Below, in pieces: positions 45,158-55,088 of a stretch of 64,000 nt of DNA. Numbering within the stretch: position 1 is the stretch's first letter; every line of letters begins with the position of its first letter. A model generated the notes under the pieces. The model was not told the origin of the DNA, did not search any database, and saw only the letters and a program-made list of their open reading frames with translations. The translations under genes were made by a program, and so were the position numbers. Source of the DNA: Diplonema japonicum (lineage: Eukaryota; Protista; Euglenozoa: Diplonemea); contig OZ025671.1 of assembly GCA_964019335.1 (NCBI GenBank), positions 496,001 through 560,000 of the forward strand, given 5' to 3'.

Positions 45158-45545
45158 TTATTAAAAATCTCGCAAAAAGGGTGGGGCAGGAAGAATCGGG
45201 TGAAGACGAGAGGTGTGGCTTTCTCGTTGGTCGTTGTAGTTTTTTTTTTTTTTTTTTTTCTTTTTTTTTCTTTTTCTCGGAGGTATTCTTGGTTTCTTCT
45301 TCTTTAGCCTTTTAAAGAGTGAACCCTCTCTCTCTCTCAGTATTCTTCTCCTCGATCCAGTTTTCTTCTTCTTCTTTCCCCCCCCTTCTTCGCCATCGGG
45401 CCCAACTAATTAATAAAAAAAATCGAGCATAGGTGCGAATCTGAAGGGAGATATCGGTGGGGACCTTATTAGTATAATTATTAAAGTGTCTCTTGGGTGT
45501 CTAAGGACAGGTGAGAACTCGGGAGGGGGATGACAAGACAGGACC

Positions 45546-47302
45546 TCACGCGTGCTGGGCGTCAGGAATCACGTAATTTTGCTGGTAAGCAAACTCCCCA
45601 CGGTACACATGGGGGCTGTTTGGGATTTTTTTTTTTTTTTTTTTTTTTCTTGCATGCACACCTCCCAGCTCCTGAAGGCGACCCAGACTCACTGCTGTTA
45701 GGGGACTGCCACTGTTGCACTGCCCTGGGTTGGTTCCCTTGCTGCCCCATGGTGAGCCTGCCCATAATGGTGGTGATCTCCTGTTGGGGCAGCTGCAAAG
45801 GCTGGTGGGTTTGCTGTTGCTGCTGTTGCTGTTGCTGCTGCTGCTGCTGCTGCACTGGCTGCTGTCGGTAGTGTTGTTGCTGGTGGCTGTCATGTCGCTC
45901 GTCACGGCGCCTCCTCTTCTCGGCCTTGTTGTGATTATTTTTTATCACCACCGCCAGGGATACATACCTCTGTGTTCGCAGGACGGACTGTCATCGGCCC
46001 CTGGCCACCCGGCAGTGTCATGACCCCGTCCAGGTGTGAGATGGCCGACGACGCAGAAGCCTTGCACGCGTACCTCACAAAGGCACACCCCCTGCTCTTC
46101 CCTTCTTTGCGCAGGACAGCGACCTCAATGAGGTTGCCGTAAGGCTCGAAGAGGTTCCTCAGCTCCTCCTCATCGATGGTGAGCGGTATCTGCCCCACGA
46201 AGAGCTTCACATCCTTATCCGCGTCGACCTCGCCTTCCGCAAGCCTCACCTGCATGCATGTTGCCATCCCCTCCAACTTCATCTTCCCGTGAAGACCCCG
46301 CACTGCCGCCAGCGCACTTGTAGGCTCCTGAAACACCACGAAGGCCGCACCGGTACCCTGTTTGCGTTAAGTGTGTCCGGAGGCATACCTTCCCCGTTGC
46401 CCTGTCGTAGATGATGTGCAGGTCCTCGATGGCCCCGAAGTGCCCCATGATCTGCGTCAGCTCCTCGTCAGTCGTGTGCTTCGGCAGCTGTGTGTCGCAT
46501 GGTTTCTCCTTCCTTCAAATTCTTATGTACACACCTGTCCCACAAAGAGCTTCCTCCCACCCCTGCTGGGGAAGTTCCTGTTCCTTCTGGCCTTTGGCGA
46601 CGCGTCTGAGCTGGAGTTGCTCATCGGGGAGTGCTGCTTGGGGTGGATGGACATCGGGAGGGGCGGTGCGAGGGTGGGCTGGAGGTTGAGGTTAGTGGGC
46701 GAGGTGAGCGGGGGGCTGTTGACGCTCCCACCAGGGCGGCTGTTGTTGTTCACGAAGGTGGTGGCGAAGGGCCCGCCGTGGGCGGCGTTGCCGGGGGAGT
46801 TGGGGGGCGACATGAGGGGGTGGGAAGAGGGGGAGAGGAGGATGGGAGGGTTTCCAGGGGTGAAAGCTTGGTTAGTAGGCGAGGTGGGCATAAGGGGGGG
46901 CGCCCCGGGAGAGTTGCCACCAAGAGACATCATGTTGGGTGTCAGAGGCGGCTGGAGGGAAGGGGTGCCAGGAGAGGTCAAGCTTTGCTGCGGGGGACCT
47001 CCCAGGTGGATGGGCGCAGGTTGGTTATTCCCCATAGGGTTCAAATTACTCATCGAAGGACTCAGCGTGTTCATAGGAGGGGACAGCAAAGTAGGAGGCT
47101 GCGGTGACACTCCTGCCTGCTGCCATTGCGGAGACTTCAAGTGCTCCATCTCAGGAGGACTCATCAAGGTTGGCATTGCTTCGTTGCGCGGCGTAACGGA
47201 GTACGGGTCATGAGTGGTTCTTACTTTGCTCCCTTCCTCCCCGAGAAATGCCGTCGTTGGAGTGACAGGCACAGCCACTTCTCCTTGCTGCATTAGTGAC
47301 AT
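45546..47302 (-). CDS. CELF/Bruno/FCA-like two-RRM RNA-binding protein, 5 exons (529 aa)
   Basis: KLFVGQ twice, GAAFV and SRGCAFVRY; SP-rich N-terminus; polyQ. Introns 46488-46534, 46358-46388, 45925-45967 and 45616-45661. Confidence 0.85.
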
Positions 47303-48353
47303 GTATTTACTTTTTCTTTTTGTATCCCTTTGTTTTTTTTTTTTTTAATAGTGTTTTTTCAAAAGGGGTTTAAAAAAAAAGGAAATATTCACGTCTTCGG
47401 AGTCTAAACAACTTATTGTGTGACACACACGGCCTGCAAAATGTGCCATCAATATCTTTTTTTTAAAGCCCTTATTGGGGCTTTCCCCTCCCTTTTTTTG
47501 TTTCGTTTCTTGCCCCCCCCCCCCCTCCCTTTTAGCACGTATTTACAAAACTCAATTTAAAGAAAAAGGAGAACAACGCACCCAAAGGGAGGGGGGGGGG
47601 GGGGGAGAAACAAAAAAGGGGGTATATCTAGAGTAAACGTAGTTTTCGGTAGAATGAAACTTTTGCATTGGGAATTGAAAACGGGGGGGTACTCCGGTAT
47701 TATTACTTGATTTTCGTTTTTTTTTTTTTGAAAATTTTTTTTATCTATTTCCTTTGCAATTACCCAGTGCACCAAGGAGCAAGAATTAAATGGGAAAAAA
47801 AAAAACAAGGCTTTATTTTTTTTTCTTTTTTTAATTCTCTTGCACTTTACTACAACTTCTAAGGGGGGGGGGGGGGGGAGATGGTCTTACCGATCTTTGT
47901 TTTTAATCTTTTTTATTATTATCTTATTTCTTGTTTGTGTCACCAAATAAAACAGAATCACGTGTGGTTTAGTGGAGAAAAAAAAGTTTCTTTTTTGCTA
48001 AACCATTAAAAGAACGAAGCGCTAAATATCTAGCGATCAAAAAGATTTAATTTTTATGCAAAGGCATTTTCGTGTGTACAGTATATATATATGATCAAGT
48101 CACACACGGCAGGCACCGCTTCACGGTGTTACAGCCTGCGTCTTTTTCAGCATTCTCAATGATGTTTTAAGTTTAGAAAATATATGCCGTCTTTTAATGG
48201 TTACTTGTATTTTTTTTTTTTTTTTTTTTTTTTTAAATTGAGATTTTCACATTCGTGACCTGATGACATGAAAATTTTTTTTAAAAAAAATCACCCCGGG
48301 CAGCTGGCTGTATCCATCCAAGGACGCAGTGGCTGTAGTGCCTTTCTTTGTAA

Positions 48354-51300
48354 TCACGCATCGACAAATACAGGCTCTTCTTCCACATTTTTATTGGCCG
48401 TGATGTACGGCTCGTGCCTAATAGCCTGTCCCCGTCCAAAGTGCAACGGCGGGCCAGGCTGTTGTATAGATGTGACACCCGACCTGACCACTCTCCTGTT
48501 CGTGGGTGGCGGTGGCGGTGCAATTGGATTCCCATAAGCCGTGATGTTCGGGCTAGGCGAGTTGTACCCATTCAAGGGGGCTGCGTCACGATTCCTCGTA
48601 GGGGACTTGTCACGTGATGTGTCCTGACTCGTCCTGCTCACTACATCAGAGGGAAAGGAGGTTGGCTCTGTATCGTCGAAGCCAGGCGGTCGAGGTGGTA
48701 CAGGGGCACCAGGTCCCGTCACATATCGGTTGCTACCATACACGTACCCACTACCACCACCCCGTCCGGCACCGTTGTGGAAATTGTTGTGAGTGTTGTT
48801 GACCACTGTTCTCTGCTCCATGTGGCTCAGCTTCTCCCCCATCTGCATCAGCATGATATGCATGGTAGACAGCAACTCATGCTGCTCGTCTTGTTTTTGG
48901 TTGAACTCCATTTGTTGTGATCGCATCTGCTTCTCTACGAGGCTGAGCCTGTCGGAGATTACAAGGATGCGGCGTTCTGCCTCCAAGGACCGTCCGTTGA
49001 CCCCTATCACGACCTGGTTCTGTGCGAAGGTGAAGAGTCTGTCGATTTCTTGAGACGCCGTCAGCGGCGGTGTCACCTGTGAGCACAGTTCCCTGAACTC
49101 CAACGCTGTGATGTACACACGGTTGTCGTCCAGTGCTTGCGGTGTGAGGTCTGGCCTTTTTCTTTTCATCGACGCCTTTGTCCTCGTCGCCCACTCTCGC
49201 ACTAGTTTGATCAGCGCAATGTACCTCACCCCCTGCGGGTCCCGCCCTACAATCACCTCGTGCACGGCATACAAAATACCGCCTCCGACGGCCCCATTTT
49301 TCGCACCCGACTTCTCCTCCTTGTTCGGGGTAAAGAATCTTCGGATAAATTTCACGACATCATTTTTCAACCTGTGAAGCCTCCAGCTGCTCTTCTTCTT
49401 CAAAGACTCTTGCACGACGGCGAAGGACCCCGCTATGATGGCTAACACCATGTTGAGCAGCACCAGCCAGCTGATCAGGAAGTATGTCAACAGGAAGAGC
49501 CATGCCCAGTCTGGGCGTTGGTCCTTCATGGTCTCCCATGTGTCGAGGTCTGCTGTGAACAACAAGCGCAGCAGGTACGACACGGACGCAGTCCATAAAC
49601 GGAACTGCTTCATTTTAGTCCCGTACAGCAGGGTACCCCCGAGAGCGTATGCGGAGAGCACCACGCAGAAGATGAGGGTCATGCCGATGAGGTCACCGAA
49701 TGCACCGCGCACTGTCTCCGACAAGGCGTTCAAACGCTTGTTGAACTGCGCGTACTTGAAGAGCCGCAGGTTCGAGATCACCATTGCCATAGCCACGTAC
49801 ACGAGCGCCCAGTCGAAGTGCTGCGCGTATGACGCTAGCCAGTTCCACATGAGCTTCTCCTCGTCGCCTCCAGTCTCACTGCGGTAGTTGTCGTAGAATG
49901 AATCGTTCATCTGCAGCCCTTTCACCCACAGCCACCATTTGAAGTACAACATTGCCACCAAGGCTGCCACGTGCACCACCTCGAACACTTCCCACATCCC
50001 CACAGCGCCTGGTGCGTCATCCAGACTTGCTGCCGACGTTATCTTGTTTCTGTGTATGAGTGTCCGCACAAGCGATATAATAAGCACTGCGGTGCTGATG
50101 GACACAATGAGGTCGAAGGCGAACATCGCCTGGAAGCTAGTTCTGTCAAAGTTCAGAATGGCGAAGGGGTATGTGGACACCCCCGGGCGTACAAGGCCTG
50201 TCTCGAGGAACTCTACCCACGCAGAGCAGTACACGAAGTACCCCCCACTCGAGGGCGAGTACATCACCGTTTCCACAGATGCAAGACGTGTCTGCACATC
50301 GAACCACCCGTGTGTTTTCAGGAAGTCAATCTCGCCCAGGGCCGCGTCGACTGTGTAGGAGAGTGGAAGGCTTGTTGTGAACCTGTCGTCGTATTCATTG
50401 AAATGTGTGATGGGCGTGCGCACAGATGGGCCTGAGAAGGCGTACTCCATGTTGCCATCTGCCTGCCAAGGTTTGGCACCGTACTCCGTGTCGCTAGCGC
50501 TACTCCTGCTGTAGCGGCCTGCACATTGATCGGGAAGCTTAGCCCGCTCGGCATCGAGGATGATGCCGGGCACGTCTTCGCATGTTGTGTTGTCGACACG
50601 CCACTGCCTGACCATCAGGTAGCCCATCGCATAGTTCGATTCGGAGTCGCGGTTCGCGGTGACGTCAGACGAGTCGACTTGCCTGCACGTGATGCCCGAC
50701 ACACCGATGTCGTTGCTGCACGACAGTGAGAAGCCGTCCTGCGCAGTGGTGTTGGCATCGCAGATGCTGAAGAAGCTGCGTATATTACATGTGGTGTTCG
50801 GAAGCGCCTCTGCAGCAGCAGCGTCCAAGCATGTCCCGTGTACTGTGCACAGGCTACAGTCGGCGGAAAAAAGAAACGAATTGCAGTTTTGCGTTGTGTC
50901 GCACAGGTTCTTGCAGGTGTCGTAATCGTTCGAAGATAGCGTGATGATAGGGGGCCCAGGGTCCAGGACCTGCGTCCTGTTGACGTAGAAACCCGGGGAG
51001 TTGGGCCCTGTAGTGATGCGCGAGTTCTGCCAGACGGTCTGCGTGACGAGCGTCACGTAAGACCACCATTCTTCTTCGGAGGTGACGGCGGTGAGCTTTG
51101 GGATGCTCATGCGGGACTCGACACCCCCCTCCAGCCAGTACATGGTGTTGTGGTCTATATTGGTGAGGCCAGACGGGATCAAACAAGTGGCTATAATATA
51201 CGAAATTAAGAAGATGAGGTAAAAGGGGAGGTGCTTGTAGTGCTTGCCCTTCTGGTCGTCGTTCATCAAGAAGAGGATCAGCTGCTTTATGGTCACCTCG

Positions 51301-51674
51301 CGCGAGGGGTTCGCAGTGATGTGGACAGAGGCTTCTTGCATACCATCCACACACCATGTTTCCACTGTGTGCGGCATGAAACCAGGGTCCAGGGCCTCTA
51401 GCCCGCAGTCCACTCCGGAAATAGCGTGTGCCCTTGTGTCTGCCACAGCCCACTTTTCATTCTTCCCCATAAACAGCCATTTCCCGTTATTCGCACCACG
51501 CCACACCACCTCCGACCTTATTGATATCCCCTCCACCTTCACGTACCCTCCCCCAACATTCTGCAACGTGGGTGCCTCCAACCACAGCGCATCTGGGGCG
51601 TATTCCTGTCCGCCTTCAGACTCTAGGTCTGGCTTGCTCTCCGTGTGGCTCTCTGGGTTGGGACTGTCCGCCAT
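48354..51674 (-). CDS. Polycystin-2/TRPP-like cation channel
   Basis: TOP-domain motifs (VRQWRV, GWFDVQTR); LRLFKYAQFNKRL...AYALGGTLLYG...LLNMVLAII S4-S6 region; C-terminal coiled coil. Confidence 0.88.
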   Translation of the reverse strand: MADSPNPESHTESKPDLESEGGQEYAPDALWLEAPTLQNVGGGYVKVEGISIRSEVVWRGANNGKWLFMGKNEKWAVADTRAHAISGVDCGLEALDPGFMPHTVETWCVDGMQEASVHITANPSREVTIKQLILFLMNDDQKGKHYKHLPFYLIFLISYIIATCLIPSGLTNIDHNTMYWLEGGVESRMSIPKLTAVTSEEEWWSYVTLVTQTVWQNSRITTGPNSPGFYVNRTQVLDPGPPIITLSSNDYDTCKNLCDTTQNCNSFLFSADCSLCTVHGTCLDAAAAEALPNTTCNIRSFFSICDANTTAQDGFSLSCSNDIGVSGITCRQVDSSDVTANRDSESNYAMGYLMVRQWRVDNTTCEDVPGIILDAERAKLPDQCAGRYSRSSASDTEYGAKPWQADGNMEYAFSGPSVRTPITHFNEYDDRFTTSLPLSYTVDAALGEIDFLKTHGWFDVQTRLASVETVMYSPSSGGYFVYCSAWVEFLETGLVRPGVSTYPFAILNFDRTSFQAMFAFDLIVSISTAVLIISLVRTLIHRNKITSAASLDDAPGAVGMWEVFEVVHVAALVAMLYFKWWLWVKGLQMNDSFYDNYRSETGGDEEKLMWNWLASYAQHFDWALVYVAMAMVISNLRLFKYAQFNKRLNALSETVRGAFGDLIGMTLIFCVVLSAYALGGTLLYGTKMKQFRLWTASVSYLLRLLFTADLDTWETMKDQRPDWAWLFLLTYFLISWLVLLNMVLAIIAGSFAVVQESLKKKSSWRLHRLKNDVVKFIRRFFTPNKEEKSGAKNGAVGGGILYAVHEVIVGRDPQGVRYIALIKLVREWATRTKASMKRKRPDLTPQALDDNRVYITALEFRELCSQVTPPLTASQEIDRLFTFAQNQVVIGVNGRSLEAERRILVISDRLSLVEKQMRSQQMEFNQKQDEQHELLSTMHIMLMQMGEKLSHMEQRTVVNNTHNNFHNGAGRGGGSGYVYGSNRYVTGPGAPVPPRPPGFDDTEPTSFPSDVVSRTSQDTSRDKSPTRNRDAAPLNGYNSPSPNITAYGNPIAPPPPPTNRRVVRSGVTSIQQPGPPLHFGRGQAIRHEPYITANKNVEEEPVFVDA

Positions 51675-51786
51675 GCTGTTTATCGCATCTTATGAAGACA
51701 GCTCCCTGGCTCGAAATGATGAACGCAAGAAAAAAGAAGAAGAAAAAAAAACTGGACAAGAAAAAAATTAAGAAACCAAACTGTTT

Positions 51787-53607
51787 TTACGTACTGCCCT
51801 GTGCGTTGTCGGGGTTGGGTTTCTGGCAGCATGGGTGGCCAGGTGAAGATTGGCAAGGGTGCGGGGCGAGTGGGGGTTGAGGGCAGTCGAAAGCACGGGG
51901 TTCCTCCTGAATGCCCTCCTCAACGAGCCAGGCGTCACGGGGGTCAGAGATGGATAAAGAGGCGAGTGAGGGTCGCGAGCCGCAGCCCTTCTTCCACTTC
52001 GGGTGGTTGTTGCGATGCACGGGATCACCGTTCACAAGGTACTCACAAAACCACGACATTCCATACATGCACTTGATAGAGGTGAACAGATGCTGTATCT
52101 GGTCTTTACTCGTACCAAGCTTGTTCATGATTTGTGCACACATCCTCCCCATCACGCTGTGGTTATCGCTGTCCGTCACGGTCTTCCCGCTCCTTAAGAA
52201 TTCAACTCCTTGTTTTACCAGCGGCACCAACCTTGTTTTGTTCAAGGTGACACTCCAATTTGGGAGATAATTCCTGAAGTTCCCCTTAGACGTGTCCATC
52301 ACAGCCTCGTGCCGCAGGTACCTGTCGTAGTGCAGTGCTTTGACCCACGTGATGGCCGGCGGGAACCAGTCGATGTTCCCACCAGTGTTCCAAAAAAAGT
52401 GTTTTTGCGAATAAGGCCTGTACAGGTCGTACGAGTTGGTTCTCCGGAAGATGTTCATCACGGATATCCATACGGAGCCAGGTTCCATGAGGAAGAATGC
52501 GGTCCCCATTGTCCCTTCGTTGCACATGTAGATGTCTGCGTCCAGCATGGTTTGTGTTTGTTCTTTGATGGGCATGTTGGAGAGGGCGACACGGGTGGCT
52601 TCTATGTTTCCCAAGGAAGACACCCATGACGCCACTTCATCGGTGTTTAGAATACCGCGCTTTGTGTCTGTGCTGTCGGATTTCTTATTGCAGATCAGCA
52701 TCTTCAAGGTTCTGTTTGGTGCCGTCGACGTTGTTCTTGTAACGTTTAGCGTTGTTTTGATGTGGTTGCGGAAGGCTTGCCAGAGCTCAGCGGTGCCCGG
52801 GGACGTGTAGGATTTTGTGACGTACGCCCAGGTACGGGTTCCGCTTCCTACAAGAAGCTTCTTGATGAGACACCCTGCGGCACCGCACCGCCTTCCAAGC
52901 GTTTGTTCCCACGTCGGCGGTTTTGTTGAAAACGAAGGAAAAGCATTGTTTTGCGGCAACCATTTACTTCTATCGGGCTGGAACGGTTGATTGTACAAAG
53001 CACCGTACACGACAATTCTGATGCGTGTCGTTACCTCGTTCAGTTCCGTCATCCCCCAGAATAAAGGGAACAGTTCGTTGAACAATGTATGTGCGTAGTT
53101 CCATGGCGCGACCTCAGGGGAGTACATTGTGGTGAGCCCGCCGAGCGTTACAGCGTGCGTGCTGTTGGTTGTTATGCCGGGCCTCCACCGGTAGCCCCAT
53201 TGGATTTCGCTGTATGCAGCGGGGTATTGCTTTTTAAAGCTTCGCTTCCCAATTAAAATCGGTTTGCTGGCGAGGGATACCTCCGGGAGGAGTTGGTCCG
53301 TGTCGTCTGTTAGGAAATACCATTTCCCGTCGCGGAGGAGGACGTCGGTGTACAGGCAACTTCTGTTCACAATGTTTATCCCGAACATCTTCCCAGGAAG
53401 GGTAGTGTTGTCGCCAGTACACACTACCCTTGACCGCAACGGAGGACGGGGTGGAGAGGTTCCTTGCGGTTGTGGCTTCTCGTCGTACTTTGCTTCGCTG
53501 GTGAACAACGCGAGCTGTACCCTCGCCACACCACCGCCTCCCATTAACACTACTATTGCAAGAACGACGAATAGCAACCATCTGGACTGCCTGCGTGGGG
53601 GCCTCAT
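51787..53607 (-). CDS. Type II membrane glycosyltransferase, GT61-like
   Basis: N-terminal TM, NYAHTLFNELFPLF, RGILNTDEV, MPIKEQ...ADIYMCNEGTM..FLMEPGS. Confidence 0.7.
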   Translation of the reverse strand: MRPPRRQSRWLLFVVLAIVVLMGGGGVARVQLALFTSEAKYDEKPQPQGTSPPRPPLRSRVVCTGDNTTLPGKMFGINIVNRSCLYTDVLLRDGKWYFLTDDTDQLLPEVSLASKPILIGKRSFKKQYPAAYSEIQWGYRWRPGITTNSTHAVTLGGLTTMYSPEVAPWNYAHTLFNELFPLFWGMTELNEVTTRIRIVVYGALYNQPFQPDRSKWLPQNNAFPSFSTKPPTWEQTLGRRCGAAGCLIKKLLVGSGTRTWAYVTKSYTSPGTAELWQAFRNHIKTTLNVTRTTSTAPNRTLKMLICNKKSDSTDTKRGILNTDEVASWVSSLGNIEATRVALSNMPIKEQTQTMLDADIYMCNEGTMGTAFFLMEPGSVWISVMNIFRRTNSYDLYRPYSQKHFFWNTGGNIDWFPPAITWVKALHYDRYLRHEAVMDTSKGNFRNYLPNWSVTLNKTRLVPLVKQGVEFLRSGKTVTDSDNHSVMGRMCAQIMNKLGTSKDQIQHLFTSIKCMYGMSWFCEYLVNGDPVHRNNHPKWKKGCGSRPSLASLSISDPRDAWLVEEGIQEEPRAFDCPQPPLAPHPCQSSPGHPCCQKPNPDNAQGST

Positions 53608-53796
53608 TGCATAACCCGCCCCACTGTGTCAAATGAGGCAACAGATTGGATACAAGAATATAAAAGAGAAAAAAAAAAGAAAAAAAAAACTATACTGATG
53701 ATTTTTTTTTTTTTTTTTTTTCCCTCCTCCCTTCGCTCTCCGTTTTGAAAAATGATTAGTAGTGTGCAATAAAAAAAAGTGGGGGGGGAGGGGTAA

Positions 53797-54354
53797 TCAC
53801 AGGGATGATGCCACCGCCTCGGATATTTTCGCAATATTCTGTTCCACAGCTGCGCTGATCGCCTCTTTCAACAATGCGGCCCTCTCGTCCTCCTTCGCCG
53901 ATGAAAATTTTGTCTTCAACACCGTTGTCGTGATTTTCGCCTTTCCGATTTTAAGGGTCACCTCGTGGGGGGTGTCTTTGGGGGATGGTTCTTCCTTCTT
54001 CTGCTTCTTGGTTTTCTTCTCTTTTTTCTCTTTTTTTTCGATTTTGGGTGATTCCTTGGGTTTGTTCTCAGGGGTCCATTCTGGGGAGGACATCTCCTTC
54101 ACAGGGCTGCGCTTGCGCTTTACTGCTTTCGACGGGTCGGGCTTGCCCTTGCTTTTCGCCTGCTTCTCAAGCCATTTCCCAGCGTACCTCTGGGTCTCAG
54201 AAACACATTCTTTGTGGTCGTTGACAGTTGCGGTGTCGAAAACCCCGTTGCAATCAACACAACTGAACCCCGACGTCCAGCACTGCTGCTGGTGGGTCTT
54301 CACTTTGGGTTTTTTGATAATATCCCCACATTGGTTACAGCTGAACGACACCAT
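53797..54354 (-). CDS. LYAR: LYAR-type C2HC zinc-finger nucleolar protein
   Basis: MVSFSCNQCGDIIKKPKVKTH...FSCVDC...HKECVSETQRY followed by a Lys-rich tail. Confidence 0.88.
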   Translation of the reverse strand: MVSFSCNQCGDIIKKPKVKTHQQQCWTSGFSCVDCNGVFDTATVNDHKECVSETQRYAGKWLEKQAKSKGKPDPSKAVKRKRSPVKEMSSPEWTPENKPKESPKIEKKEKKEKKTKKQKKEEPSPKDTPHEVTLKIGKAKITTTVLKTKFSSAKEDERAALLKEAISAAVEQNIAKISEAVASSL

Positions 54355-55088
54355 ATTTTTCTCTTTTTTTTTCTGTAGAAATATTTCTTTTTTTTTTTTT
54401 CGTAAAAAAAAAAAAAAAAAAAAAAACTTTTGAGAAGGGTGGGTAATTTGGGTAGGGGGGAACTTTTGTTTTTTTTTTATTACATTTCGCCGTTCTTTCA
54501 TCTTTTTTTTTTTAAATTACAAAGTGCGTTTTCGTAGCAAAGAAAGGGGGGGGGGGGGGAAGAATAAAAAGTGGCGATAGGAGCGTTGGAAGAAAAAAAA
54601 AGAAGAAGAAGAGATATGGTGTCAAAAGGACGGCCCTTTACCAAACTCCCCCAAAACCCATACGTGAGAACTCTTGTTTTCTTCAAGAAGGAAAGAGAGA
54701 AACAAGGAGCGGTTTTTTTTTTTTTTTTTTTTTTTTTCTCGCAAACCCGGAACCGGGTTTGCCGGGGTCCCCTTTTATTTGTTCACTCCTTTTGTTTTCT
54801 CTTTTTTTTCCCCGTGTCACCCCCCCCCCCCCCCCCTTCATGAACGATATGAAAATAAAACTTTGTAAAATACAAAAAAAAAGGGGGTGGGGCGCGCTGT
54901 GTTACACCTCGGTTAATTTTAATCATTTCCCCCATTTTTTTCTATTTCCTTGTGCGCGCAGAGGGGGGGTGGGGGGGTGGAGAACGGGGGACAAAAAAAA
55001 AAAAGAACAGTATGATTCTTTTTTTATTTTTATTTTACCCCCAAAAAAACATAAGGGAGTTACTACTATTACAACAAAAAAAAAAAAT

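Noticed and set aside
48245-48372. Extra 26-nt intron extending the PKD2 C-terminus
   Set aside because: Shorter than all supported introns, and the extension runs into low-complexity sequence.
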